A DNA stretch of 64,000 nt from Octopus vulgaris (Eukaryota). Both the position numbers and the translations under genes were made by a program. The DNA lies in NCBI GenBank assembly GCA_951406725.2, contig OX597820.1, forward strand, positions 26,536,001 through 26,600,000, written 5' to 3'. The notes under the pieces are model-generated. The model had not been told where the DNA came from and did no database searches. It saw nothing but the letters and a program-made list of their open reading frames with translations. Positions 26,970 through 40,619 of the stretch are shown one piece after another; within the stretch, counting starts at the first letter, position 1; every line of letters starts with the position of its first letter.

Positions 26970-27340
26970 TATTATCATCTCCATCATCATTAACATTATC
27001 ATCTCCATCATCATCAACATTATCATCTCCATCATCATCAACATTATTATCTCCATCATCATCAACATTATTATCTCCATCATCATCAACATTATTATCT
27101 CCATCATCATCAACATTATTATCTCCATCATCATCAACATTATCATCTTCCATCATCATCAACATTATCATCTCCATCATCAATATTACCATCTTCAGTG
27201 TCATCATCAGCATTATTGTCTCAATCATCACCGACATTATCATCTTGATCATCATCATCACCAACATTATCATTGTTATCATCCTGATTACTGAGTATTA
27301 TCCCCATTCTCATCATTTTTGTTCACATCATCATCATCAT
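26970..27340. repeat. 24-bp minisatellite aacattatcatctccatcatcatc derived from (ATC)n
   Basis: About 7 near-perfect units, then degenerate. Confidence 0.9.
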
Positions 27341-27516
27341 CCTTAATGGAAGTCAGTATCATGTGAGTGTCTAATAAAATTTACTTGTCAGTAAATGTTT
27401 GGTTAGTAAACCTTGGCTACTTATAAACCACATATTCTGGAGGAAGTAACTTATAATGTAGCAATAGACTTAGTTTCCTTTCCAGTGGTATGTTTTTTTT
27501 TTTTTTTTTTTTTTGT

Positions 27517-27731
27517 ACTTGTTTCAGTCATTTGACTGCGGCCATGCTGGAGCACCGCCTTTAGAGTGGTGAAAGAGTACAGCAGGGATCACCACCTCCT
27601 GCCGGAGCCTCGTGGAGCTTTTGGGTGTGTTTTTCGCTCAATAAACACACACAACGCCCGGTCTGGGAATCGAAACCGCGATCCTCCGACCGCAAGTCCG
27701 CTGCCCTAACCACTAGGCCATTGCGCCTCCA
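27517..27731 (-). mobile_element. Chimeric SINE: family E head and body plus family B tail
   Basis: 27517-27563 is the family B tail; 27566-27731 is family E. A T-tract is adjacent. Confidence 0.8.
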
Positions 27732-28194
27732 TCTTTCTCATCTTTCACAGAAGCATAATGTATGCTTTGTCTCCACCCCCCACTGCACCCCCATCTCCAA
27801 CACCTGATGGAATTGTAGGGATGGTGTTGTGATATTTGAAGTGTTCTAGGCATTTATAGTTGTAGTGGAGTTCATTCCTCTCCATGTTTAATCACAGCCG
27901 TTTCTTTCATAAAGAGAAAGAGGCAAACGGGCAGAAATAAAGTGAGAGAGAAAAATCTAAGAATCAGTCCCAGTATGGAACTAGTAGTATATTTATTGAC
28001 CCCCACCCTACTTAAAAATTAAAAAAAAAAAAGGATGAAGGTAAAGTTGACCTTTGGGATTTGAACACAGAGGGCCAGGACAATTGTCATAGACATGTCC
28101 AATGCACAACATCACCTGTGGGTTGCTTTGACTGTTCTATTATATTTCTGTTGAAACACAACTGCTTTTGTTTCAATTGATTTTGAAAATAGTC

Positions 28195-28586
28195 GCAGAA
28201 GTAGCTGTATGGTAAGTAGCTTGCTTACCAACCACATGGTTCTAGGTTCAGTCCCACTGCGTGGCACCTTGGGCAAGTGTCTTCTATTATAGCCTTGGGC
28301 CACCCAAAGCCTTGTGAGTGGATTTGGTAGACGGAAACTGAAAAGAAGCCCGTCGTGTATATGTATATATATATGTGTGTGTTTGTGTGTCTGTGTTTGT
28401 CCCCCCCCCCAACATCGCTTGACAACCGATGGTGGTGTGTTTACGTCCCTGTAACGTAGCGGTTCGGCAAGAGACCTATAGAATAAGTACTAGGCTTACA
28501 AAGAATAAGTCCTGGGGTCGATTTTCTCGACTAAAGGTGGTGCTCCAGCATGGCTGCAGTCGAATGACTGAAACGTAAAAAAGTAA
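28195..28586 (+). mobile_element. SINE family B
   Basis: Colinear with 59529-59940. Confidence 0.88.
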
Positions 28587-28803
28587 AGAATTTATTAAAA
28601 TAACCTTGTTGTTGTTAGGCTGGTGTTTGGAATATAAATTAACAAGGAATTTTGATGGACGGTTTTATAATACAAATCACTTTAAAATAGGGAATTTGTA
28701 TCTCGGGTGGTTGGTGTCAAACGGATTAATTAATGAATGTACATTTATGTATGTATTCGTGTCTACATTTTTGTATTTATGTGTATATCTGTTATAATTG
28801 CAG

Positions 28804-29004
28804 GCCAAACAAACTGCCCTCATGCTGTCTGTGAGTCATGGCCGAGGTGATATGGTGAAGTTGCTTCTGGAATGTGGTGCTGACATTAACTGCCAAGATG
28901 AAGATGGCTCCACGGCTTTGATGTGTGCCTGTGAGCACGGACATATTGAGATTGTGAAGACGCTGATTACTGATCTGCAATGTGATGCCTCACTAACTGA
29001 TAAT
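28804..29004 (+). CDS. KANK: KANK ankyrin-repeat exon ([14 protein letters not shown]...[16 protein letters not shown]...SLTDN)
   Basis: tgcag acceptor, gtaagt donor, 201 nt, phase 0-0. QTALMLxVSHGR and [14 protein letters not shown] are typical of KANK. Confidence 0.95.
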
Positions 29005-29351
29005 GTAAGTAGTTGTTGTTGGTGATGAATTTGTTGTTTTCGTTTAGTCTCACTGGTTAACTCTGATTTAAGTATATCTGCAATCAAATATATTCCAGCT
29101 GTGACCATCCCCATTTTATTTGCTTTATTTTCAGATGTGGCATATCTGGAATTACATTGTCCAATATGTCCTTCTTTTCTTAAGAAGGTAGGATATGATT
29201 TGAAGGTGATTTGGTTGTTATTTTTAGTTGATTGTGCGATGTCTTTTGAGTTGTTTTTGGCATAGTCAGTCAATCTATCCTCTTCCATAATTGCAACCAT
29301 CAACTGGAAGTTACAATCTCTCACCTGCCATATAGAAATAATTTTCATTCA

Positions 29352-29686
29352 TGGCCGTAGCCAGTACCGCATAGACTGGCCTCCGTGCTTTGGGGACGTA
29401 ACAAACACCATCCGATCGTGGCCGTCCGCCAGCCTCATCTGGCACCTGTGTCGGTGGCACATAAAAACACCATCCGAGCGTGGCCGTTCGCCAGCCTCGT
29501 CTGGCACCTGTGTCGGTGGCACATAAAATCACCCACTACACTCTCGGAGTGGTTGGCGTTAGGAAGGGCATCCAGCTGTAGAAACACTGCCAGATCTGAC
29601 TGGCCTGGTGCAGCCTTCGGGCTCCCCAGACCCCAGTTGAACCGTCCAACCCATGCTAGCATGGAAAACGGACGCTAAATGATGAT
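29352..29686 (+). mobile_element. 3' UTR-only copy of the same RTE
   Basis: Near-exact reverse complement of 17240-17640, with two tandem units instead of three; ends in aaatgatga. Confidence 0.9.
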
Positions 29687-30488
29687 TTTCCTTTCATGTC
29701 ACTAAATGCATATAAAATAAAAATATAAAAAAAGTTGCATAAAAAATCCAGATATGATACACTAGTTACAAAGAAGGTAATAAAAAGTTTTTAAGAATAG
29801 AATAAAGTAGCTGATTATTGAGACTGTGTTATTCAGGCTAGTGAGGCCATTGAGAAGGATTATAGTAAAAAAAAAAAAAAAAAACTATCAACCTTTACCT
29901 CATTGCTTATAAGTGGAGCACTTTATGCAACATCATTTTTAAAAATTTTATTTATAAATTTAAAAATATTTTTATATGTTACTAAAGATGGTAGGGTTTT
30001 ACCACAAACACATTTATTGATTACTCAATGGCATCTTTTTTTAACATATTTTTTCTTACATCTGTTGAGTCTGGGAGAGTTGCATCTTTGCACACTAAAT
30101 GATTCCAGATAGTTTAACCTTAGATCAAGAAGAGATTTATGAGTGAAAGCTTAACCACTTGGGTTCATCTTGCCGCTTTGTATATTATTGTTGTATGTTC
30201 AATGTATTTTTTCTCTTTATTACTGTAGCTTCATCTGTGTGTTCTGTTGTTTATAATAATAGTCTAGTGTTGCCTGTTATCTGATGGATGCCATGTAAAA
30301 AGCGTCTGTACTGGTGCCATGTAAAAGCATCCTGCTGCATAAAAGCACCCAGTAATACTATGTAAAGTGGTTGATATTAGGAAGGACATCCAGCTGTAGA
30401 AACTAAGGAGCCCAGACAGCTCTTGAGCTGGCCAGCTCCTATTAAACCATCCAACCCATGATGATAATTTTTTTTTTCTGCATTCCAG

Positions 30489-30590
30489 GATGGACAGAAT
30501 GCTTTGGCTATTGCCATGGAGGCTGGCCACAAAGACATTGGTGTTATACTTTATGCTCATTTGAATTTCTCAAAACAGCCTGTGTCTCCT
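30489..30590 (+). CDS. KANK: KANK last ankyrin exon ([34 protein letters not shown])
   Basis: ccag acceptor, gtaagt donor, 102 nt, phase 0-0. ALxIAxEAGHKDIxVxLYAH motif. Confidence 0.93.
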
Positions 30591-31908
30591 GTAAGTATTG
30601 TAACACTTATTAAAAAAAATTTTTTTTTAATATTTTCTTATTGGATAGAAATTTATTCCAGTCTTTGCACAGTTTTCACCATTGTGGAATTCCTTACTGA
30701 CATTATCCAGTTATAGGTATGTCTAGGTTGTTGAACAGACCTATGACCAAAGGCATTAGTCAAGCCTTGATCATCCCGACTTTGTTTTTCTTTCAGGTCT
30801 GGTATCCCATTCATTGGGTAGGCTTGTAATCTCGGTTGCTTATACACCTTGTAAACCAGGTTAAGCTCTTGTGTTTTGAGGCTTAGGGTTCATCACAGAT
30901 TAAAGTCTAAATGTACCCCTCACTACATTATACTGTGTGACCCCTTCTTTTAGATAGTTGGGTGTAATTTGAGGGTAACCTGACTGCTATTATTAAATAC
31001 TACTTTGTTGATTTAATTTGCATTGTTGTTGGTACACTACTGCTATGTGTGTCTATATTTGATATTACACCAGTTTGTAATACATATAATATAGCTCAAG
31101 TATTGCACACCAAACATTTTCTGAAGCTTCTTGTGGAAAAAAACAAAAACAAAAACAAAATCAATGCCTGGCTTCTGCAGCAAAGATGACTGAGATGATC
31201 AGCTTTCTTCATGCTTGCTCTACATGTGTGTGTGTGTGTATGTGTGTGTGTGTGCATATGGATTCTCGAATTCCTCGTAAGATAACAAGCATAATGAATC
31301 CAGTCATTACTTATTGCCCTATTACTTGTGACAATGAGCCACTCTTACCATAGTACCTATTAACCTATTAATAATTTAGGTGATCTGATTCACCTAAATG
31401 GACCATGTGCTGCTAATAGCTTTTAGTTTCTAACTTCTCTAAATAAACACTTAGAAAATCAATATAAAAAAATTATCAGTACAAAATCACTAATAAGAAG
31501 AAAACTGAGAGTGAAAACCTCTGCCAGCTCACCATCTTCTCTTGCCAACATATACTAATATGTGGTTAGGAAGTTTGCCTCCCAAACACATGGTTGTCAG
31601 TTAACTTCATTAAGACAGTTAACATCAGTTAACACATGGTTGGCAGTTTGGTGCTGCCATTGAACATTGAAAGGTACCCCTCTCTTGATCTATTCTTTCA
31701 ACTCAATAGGCATCATCTCTTTTTAGTATCTGTAGTTTTGTTGGTTAGTGGTGGCTGGGCAGATATTCAGCTTCTATTTATGTGAATTTGCAATATTATC
31801 AAACCAAGAAAAAACCTTGTGAGTGAGTGATGTAGTGAACTGGAGAAATACGTAAATTGAGTTTTAGAATGAAAATGATTTGTTCATGTTGTCTGTTTAT
31901 TGTTGCAG

Positions 31909-31961
31909 GGTTTATACAGGAAACGAAGGACAAGTTCAGATTCTTCATCATCTGCTGCAAG
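31909..31961 (+). CDS. KANK: KANK C-terminal tail exon (GLYRKRRTSSDSSSSAA)
   Basis: ttgcag acceptor, AG/gtaaat donor, 53 nt, open in phase 0. Confidence 0.7.
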
Positions 31962-32721
31962 GTAAATGTACACACACAATCTTCTCCATGCACTTACACC
32001 TACAGTTATACAGAATATATATATGCATACATACACACATATACGTTTACTTATACATGTATACATACAAACACACGTTTTTGTATTAAATGTTGTGATA
32101 TATACAGTCCTTATTTACACATGGTTTCAACTTTTGGCACAAAGCCTGAAATTTGGGAGAGGGCTAAGTCAATTACATTGACCCCCCCCCCCCAGTGCTC
32201 AACTGGTACTTATTTTATCAACCCAGAAAGGATGAAAGGTAAAGCTGACCTAGGCGGAATTTGATCCCAGAATGTAAAGGTGGATGAAATGCTGTTGGGC
32301 ATTTTGCCCATTTCTGCTAGCTTGCCGTCTTCTCTTGCCAACACATACTAATATTGGTTTCAAATTTTGGCACAAGGCCAGCAGTGTTAGGAGAGGAGGC
32401 AAGTCAATCATATTGCCCCCGTGTTCAACTGGTACTTATCTTATCAACCCTAGAAAGATAAAAGGCAAAGTCGACCTCGGTGGGATTTGAACTCAAAACA
32501 GATGAAATGCCAGTCAGAATTTTTCTTCGTGTGTTAACATTTCTGGCAGCTCACCACCTTCACACATATTAATATTAGTATTAGTATATAGTGTTTAAGA
32601 CAGCAATGAGTTGGTAGATGCATAATGGGGGAAAAAAATTTAAATGTTTTGTGCATTGAAGAAGTATAACCAAAAAAACATTTGAGCAAGGAAAAAACAT
32701 TCGAGCGGAAAAAAACATTTG

Positions 32722-33006
32722 AGCAAGGTCATTGCCAGTGCCGCTGGACTGGCTCTTGTGCAGGTGGCACGTAAAAACACCATTTGAGCGTGGCTGTTGC
32801 AAATACTGCCTGACTGGCTCTCGTACCAGTGGCACGTAAAACCACCCACCACACTCTTGGAGTGTTTGGCGTTAGGAAGGGCATCCAGCTGTAGAAACTC
32901 TGCCAGATCAGATTGGAGCCTGGTGCAGCCATCTGGTTTGCCAGTCCTCAGTCAAATTGTTCAACCCATGCTAGCATGGAAAGCAGATGTTAAACGATGA
33001 TGATGA
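32722..33006 (+). mobile_element. 3' end of a related RTE family (older copy at ~30270-30465)
   Basis: Shares ttggcgttaggaagggcatccagctgtagaaac...aacccatgctagcatggaaag...gttaaacgatgatgatga. Confidence 0.8.
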
Positions 33007-35112
33007 AATTTTAACAACAAAAGGCCATGTGGACCCCAGTTGGGTACCATTGGACTAGTGTTACCCTCCTGCATAATTAAAACAAACAAACAAACTTCTC
33101 CTTAAGACTTTTTTATTTTTAAAAGTTAGGCTATGAGAGGTGACACCTATCTTATGATTTTCAATGGTCCTTGCAGTTTAATGTCCAATATGCTGGTAAA
33201 TATTTGTAAGCCTAATTTGAATCAGCATGTGGTGGGGAATCAATAAGAGGTGTATAGATTAATTCCAGTTTGTAGGTTTCTTGTTTCATCACTGTCAGTT
33301 GTATTGTTTACAAATAATGTACATATTGTATATACAATTTAAACACTCTGCACTGTGGATGTGTTAGCTATTAACTTGTGATTTATACAAACATTTAATG
33401 TAAGTCTTGTCACTACTAGAAAGGTGACATATGAAAGATAGATACATACATACATACATATATATATACCTGCATAGATACATACATTCCTACCTACATA
33501 TTCATAGATACATATATTCATAGATACATATATTCATAGATGCATATATACATAGATGCATATATACATAGATACATATATACATAGATACATACAGACA
33601 TACATATGTACATACATACGTATGTACATACAAACATAGGTAAATTAATGGCTAGGTATGTAGGAAATAAACAGGTAGCTATGTAGATAAACAGATAGAT
33701 ATGTAGGTAGCTTGATAGGTAGTTAGGTAGACCAATAGATTGGCAGATAGACAGGTAGGTTTATAGTTATCTTGATAGGTCTGTAGATAGCAAAGATTAA
33801 AATAGAGACAGGTAGATAAGTTAAACATGCTGATAGGTTGGTTGGTTGGTAGGTATGTATGTAGGTGGGTAAATAGTTAGGAGTTAGGTTGGAAGACTTA
33901 TAAGTAGATAGGTGGGTGAGTTGGTAGATGGATAATAGAAGGATGAAAGACAAACTAACTGGACAAGCAATAAAATGTATGAACAAACTGGTTAACAAAC
34001 CCTTCAGTCATGTATTTAACTAAACACATGTAATTGGAGAACTTGTTATACAGGATTACACACACACGCACACACATCTAAATACAAATGTTGGCACATA
34101 CACATCTATAGTCATTCACACACACACGCGCGCACACATACATACGTACGTACACACACATACACACACATACATACATACTTACATTAATGTGTACATA
34201 CTGATGTGCATGGATATGTAACACACACACATCTTGTTTTAGTCATTAAACTGTGGCCATACTGGTGCACCACTTTGAAGGGTTTTAGTTAAAATAGTCA
34301 AGCACTTATTCTATCAGGCTTTTTGCTGAACTGCTAAGTCACAGATATAAACAAACCAACAAATGTCAACTGATCGTTGGAGCGCGCGCGCGCGCACACA
34401 CACGCACACATACATATAAGGGTAAAGGATAAAGACCCCCTTCGGTCATGAATGACCATGGGATTGCACTTGAAAGTAAGTTCCACTCCAAGGCACAAAT
34501 CTGAGCAAGGTCTCTCTTCTCCCTGCCACTGAGGTCCAAGGGAAAGGCAATGGCTAATACAGCTTAGCACCAGTGATGCCACAACTCATTTCTACAGCTG
34601 AGTGAACTGGAGCAACGTGAAAATGAAGTGTCTTGCCCAGGAACACAACACATGGCCTAGTCCAGGAACTGAACTCACAATCTCATGGTTTTAAGCCTAG
34701 TGCTCTAACGACTGAGCCATTCACATGCAGTAGACTAGAGCAACATGAAATGAAAGCAGACATAGGCATCCACTCAATCCCGCTATTCTGTCAGGGCACT
34801 TCTCCCATCTACAAAGTTGGCTGGTATTCATTTTCAGTCGAGTAGACAAGCAAAAATGAAATGAAATGCTTGCTTAGTCCAGGAATCAAACCCACAACCT
34901 TATAATCATGAGCCCAGCACCCTAACCACTTGGCCACCTGTTTGTACACACGTACACACACACATGCATACACACATACACTGAAATACATGTTCCCACA
35001 CACGTGTGTGGGCACACATACCCACTCCTATATTTAGATGTATTTATATATGTATGTATAATATGTTATTATGTATATAGTCTCTTTATCTTCTTTTTTT
35101 GTTATTTTTCAG

Positions 35113-35125
35113 CACACCTCGGTAG
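35113..35125 (+). CDS. KANK: KANK terminal coding exon (STPR*) followed by 3' UTR
   Basis: Strong pyrimidine tract with tttttcag acceptor 35111-35112. Phase 2 join gives AGC ACA CCT CGG TAG. Confidence 0.6.
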
Positions 35126-35246
35126 AAGATCCACTCCCACCAAATACCAGAGACACCAGAAATTAGAACACGCATGCCACACACACACACAATCACACAC
35201 ACAATCACACACACAATCACACACACACTCTCAATTCTCATCCTGC

Positions 35247-35286
<40 letters not shown>

Positions 35287-35664
35287 TTTTATTATAATTT
35301 ATTTTTATAGTGCATATTATTTTAGGTTCTGTTCTGCTTGTTTTTTTTCTTTTTTATTTCATTTCGTCTTTCTTTCTCTTTTCATTCTGTGGCAATCAAT
35401 AGCATATATAACCATTGATAAAGAAGAGATATACCCATGCAACACTCACACACACACACACATACACATAGCTGTGTGTGTGTGTGTGAATAAGAAACAT
35501 AGACACATACACATATTTTGGGTACTCACACATGCACAGGAGGCACTCACACACACATACTCAAGCTAGGAGTGTGCTAAGCAAGAAAGAAAGAGACAGC
35601 AAAGTCTATCTGAAGATAACAACAATAATCCTTTCTGTTTTTTTTTTCATAGAGATTAGGCATT

Positions 35665-35956
35665 CTGTACATTATTTACATTAGATCTGTGTCCTCATCT
35701 TTTCAGCTGATTACATCACAAACTTTTCAGCTGATTTACTCTCCGGGCCTTCATCAGGTGTTCAGTTCCAGGCAGTACCTTGACTTGAATAAATAATAAT
35801 AATAAAGACATCAGCAAAAAAAAAAAATACCTTAGGAATGAGAACCCAGGGTTGGGTTCAAAATTCTACCAGGACACCCGATGAAGGCTGGAGAGTAAAC
35901 CAATCAAAATGAGGTAACAACAAAACAAGGACACATACCCGTCCAATGTAAATAAT
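35665..35956. repeat. Diverged inverted repeat with hammerhead-like arms in predicted KANK 3' UTR
   Basis: tttactctccgggccttcatcaggtgt pairs with acacccgatgaaggctggagagtaaa; outer attatttacatt pairs with aatgtaaataat. Confidence 0.7.
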
Positions 35957-38900
35957 TCTTTCTACTATAAGCATAAGGACCGAAACTTTGGAGGAAGGTT
36001 TTGTCGGTTACATTGACCCCAGTTCTCAACTGGTACTTATTGTATCGACCTCAAAAGGACGAAAGACAAAGTTGGCCTCGGTGGAATTTCAACTCAAAAT
36101 GCAATGATGGACAAAATGTTTCTAAGCTTAGCAGCATTTTGTCTAGGGTGCTAACTATTCTGCCATGTCACTGACTTATTATTATTATTATTATTAATAA
36201 TAATAATAATAATAATAATGGACTCCCCTGCTCACTCCTTCCATCAAATTGATGTTGCTTGAACAGGTGCATAGTGTACCACGGATCAGGTGTTGGAGTG
36301 ATCACAGCAACGTGAGATGAAGTGTTTTGTTCGAGAACACAATGCATTAATCGGTCTAGGAATTGAAACCACGATGTCGTGATCACGAGTGCAACACCCT
36401 AACACTTAGGCCATGCACCCTAACAACAACATGATGAAGATAACTGCTTGTGAATTTAGGCACAAGGCCAATAAATTTGAATGGTGGAGGGTTAGTTAAT
36501 ATAATTGACCCTGGTATTTGGTGTTTAATTTTATCAACCCTTGAGTGATGAAAGGCACAGTTGACCTTGACTGGATTTGAGCTCAGAATGTAAAGGGCTG
36601 GAAAAAATACAGCTAGGTATTTTTCCTGATGCTATAATGATTCTACTAATCTAAGCCACAAGAATTTCGATGGATAATGTGTAAAGATGGGTAGATGTGA
36701 CTTAACTTTCCTCCTTCTGCAGTATTTGACTGGCATCTTATTTAGTCGACCCTGGAAGGATGAAAGGCAAAATTATTTGACTAACACAGGGTTTGAACTC
36801 AGATCATAAAAGGACATCACTAAACACTTGATTTATCCACTGCCTTCTTGATTGATCTTTGTCTTCTCTATCATCATCCCATTTCTACCACCACCACCAC
36901 CAGTATCATCATCACTGACATCAGCACCTCCACCACATCAAACATCAGTAGCACATCACTATCACGAGTCCTGCATATACCATGACCATCATCATCATCA
37001 TCATCATCATCACAATCAAAACCATTTTCAATACTATTCAAATACTATCCTCCAACTGCCTCTTGATATTGTCCCTCATACTCTCATATCTCTCTTTCTC
37101 TCTATCATTATTGTACCCAGCTCTTATTGTCTTCCTAACAGATTCCATTATTAGCTCTCTCAACCACCATGAATGCTGTAACAAACCCATGACCACAACT
37201 TTTGAAAGACCAGAGGAATGAAAAGTAACGATTGATGATAAATGCATCAGGCTGTAAAATGCTGTTTCAAATAGTCACTGTTGAACCCACGGGGAAAAAA
37301 GGCACCCAGATATTAAATATATTGACTCGGGTTAGCTTTGTGTCTATTGTAAAAATCAATATTATACTCTGAATTAAGGGCAAATATTTTTATGCGAGTA
37401 TTTTAATATAGGGCAGATCTTTCATTGGTTTGGTTAGAGTACATTTGAAATGAGAGCATGTGAGTCTTTGCAGCAAAGGAAAGGGGAGATAGTGGCATGT
37501 AACATATATGAAAAAAATTGTGGCACTGTACTTCTCTGCTTGTCAATTACTTGTTGGCTCAGAAATGTCTTTAGTAATCAAGTGCTTAATTTCCCCAAAC
37601 TGCTGTTTTTATTCCAGGATGTGTTTTTTGTGAGATTAACCCAGAAACCATGACATTATTTAACCACCTGTTGTCTCACTGATGCCTGTTGTATCCATTT
37701 TACATTTGAAAATAAATGACTAATTAATTATAATTACAATAATGATGATGTTGCCAAAATGTAATGGCAACCATAGATTTCATGCCAAAGTCTGAAGATT
37801 CATGATTTTTCTCGGAATATATATGGCAGTGATTTTTTTTTTTTTTTTTTGGTGCCTTCTTCCACTTTATATGTAGTTTACTCTGTTAATCTCCAATTCT
37901 TCCAAATTTATCCTTGAAGCACAGAGCCTATTTAATTCTTAGACGAGAGGGATTGGTTTACATGACATCTGGGCGTGTCCACACTCTGGTGAAGCACTAT
38001 TAATGGCACAAGACTTAGTCAGCCCTCCTTCCAGTTCTCTATACTTTAGCCAAAAGGTAATTTTCTTTCATAACTGGGGATTTTGACAGGTGCTACCACC
38101 CTACACCAGTGTACACCTGAGAGTAGTGAGTGACTTAAGGGGCAACTCATATTATCCAAAACTTCTGAGGAACCAAACTGAAGCTCTCATCACAATATAC
38201 AGTTTAATGTCTTACCCAGAATGTTTACGATGATTAGGAAACTATTATTGGATAGTGGATTAGCAGAATTGTTAGGACATTGGACAAAATGCTTTGTGGT
38301 AATCAGTTATGGCCTTTTACAATCTAAGTTTAAATCCTGTTTAAGTCAGTATGAACTTTCATATTTCAGTAGGCAATAACAATAAATAGCAGCCAAATAG
38401 TGGGGTTGATATAATCCTCTGTTCCCATCAAATATGTGGTCTGGTGCCTGTTAGAAATTATTAAAGCAACAAGCTGGCTGAATTGTTAGTGCATTTGAGA
38501 AAATGGTTCATGGTGTCTCTCCTGGCTTTTTATGTTCTGAGTTCAAATATCACCAAGTCAACTTTGCCTTTCATCTTTTCGAGTCAATAAAAAGTACCAG
38601 TGAAATGCTGGGGTTGATGTGCTCAACTTTTCAGAAACTTTTGGCTCTGTGTCAGTATCTGAAACTATTATTACTATTATTAAGGTGGAAAGCTGGCAGA
38701 GTTGTTAGCATGCTGGATGAAATGCTTAGCAGTACTTCACCCATTGCTATGTACCGAGTTCAAATTCCGCTGAGGTTAACTTTGCCTTTCATCCTTTCAG
38801 GGTTGATAAATTAAGTACCAGTAAAACATAATTATCAGTGAAATGATAATGTAATTGGTGGTTGTATATGTAGGGGTTCCAATGCATTGCTTTGCCTGAG

Positions 38901-39639
38901 GGTCTATATTGATGTCAAGAAGGCCCTGCCACCCGCTCTCTTTCTATTGGTGTGTCTGTGTGTAGTTATATATTACAGATGTGTGGTCTTGTGTGGGAAT
39001 ATAACTATGTATGTATGGGTCTGTGAATATGTATATATACATACATGCACACACACACATACTCATTTATAAGTGAATAGGTATAGCTTGGTTCTTACCT
39101 AAAAGTTCACAGTGAGCTAGAAACTGAGTAAACATCATTGTACAAATATATGTATGTATGTTTAGTGCCTGTTGTCATTTTTGTGCCAGAGTTTTATGCT
39201 GGTGTCCTGGAATTTTGGACAGAAATATCTTCAGCAGACTCTTGTACCTTTAGTTGAGTGATATATGTGTGTATGTGTGATATATTATCATCATCATCAT
39301 TTAATGTGATGATGATCATATATATTACACACAACATACGCATGCATATACATATACTTGCATACATGTACACACTCACATTCCGATGGTCACTTATATT
39401 GCATATTTATATGCACACATTAAAAACAAACAAATGCTTCAATAGTTTCAATATATGTATAAACGCACACACACACACATACATACACACACACACACAC
39501 ACTTGTGTTACCATGCCAACATGACAATGCTTCTTGTTTTTATTTTTATTTCATTTTTCGTTTTCTTGTATGATGAAGATGATGATGATGAATATGATGT
39601 TAATTTTATAATTTTATTTTTCAATTCTCAAATATTTTA

Positions 39640-39645
39640 AATAAA
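39640..39645 (+). promoter_or_regulatory. Candidate KANK polyadenylation signal AATAAA (alternative at 41286-41291)
   Basis: AATAAA in very AT-rich sequence downstream of the stop. Other AATAAA copies cannot be excluded. Confidence 0.3.
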
Positions 39646-40619
39646 AGATGAAAAAAAAAAAAAAGATAATTGTTTTCAAAATGGCTTGTAATGTATCCTG
39701 TCATTGAAATACAAAAAGTGAAAGAGCAAAAAGAAAAAAAAAAAATGGAAAAAGGAAAAAAAGTTTGAAAATCTGTGACTCTCATTTGCTGATTGAGTTA
39801 TAGTGTCTCAATTTTGTGATTAAATTATTGTGTGAGACAACAAAGAACAAAAAAATTGTAAAAGCAGAAGGAAAATGAAAGAAACTGATGAAAAAGATGA
39901 ATCATATATATATGTATATGTATACATATATGTGATTACAAAATATAAAGGAATATAAAAACAAACAAAAGAACTGGTTTTTTTTTTTCTGGCTTTGCTA
40001 ACAGTGAGGGGCTTAAATGACATAATGAATTTGCTTCAATTAATTTGGGACATTACGCATTATGTATGTCTCATTTTTACCTTTTTATTTTCGTTATATT
40101 TTCATCTCGAAACCTGTTGCTAAGAACACTCTCTGAAACTTGATAAGTGTATGTAATTAGATTACATACATACACACACACACACATACTCACAGTCGCA
40201 TGTATGTATATTTGTATATGTGTATAAATACATCTATAAACACTCAACTTTGTGTGTGTGTGTGTGTGTGTGTGCATATATATATTTATATATATGTATG
40301 TATTGGAAGCTGGAAACTTCTCAGGGTTTTTTGTTTTTGATTGGATGATAGTGATTGATGGAGCATGAAAAAAACCAGTGCAAATTAGCTGTCATCACTG
40401 GAGCAAAACAGTGATATGATGTTTACATTTCTTGTTGGCATTATGAACTGTCAGTGTGTCCTTTTGAAAACCAGTGGGATAAGTAGAAAATCATTATTTG
40501 AAAAGCAGGGTAGGGTTGGTGACAGTAAGGGTATCCAACTCTAAAATGCTACCACCCACAGCCAACCCATGCTAGTATAGAAAAGCAGGCATCACACACA
40601 CGCATGCATGTACACAAGA

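Noticed and set aside
26866-27346. Repetitive Ile/His/Ser/Asp ORFs
   Set aside because: 24-bp intronic minisatellite open in several frames.
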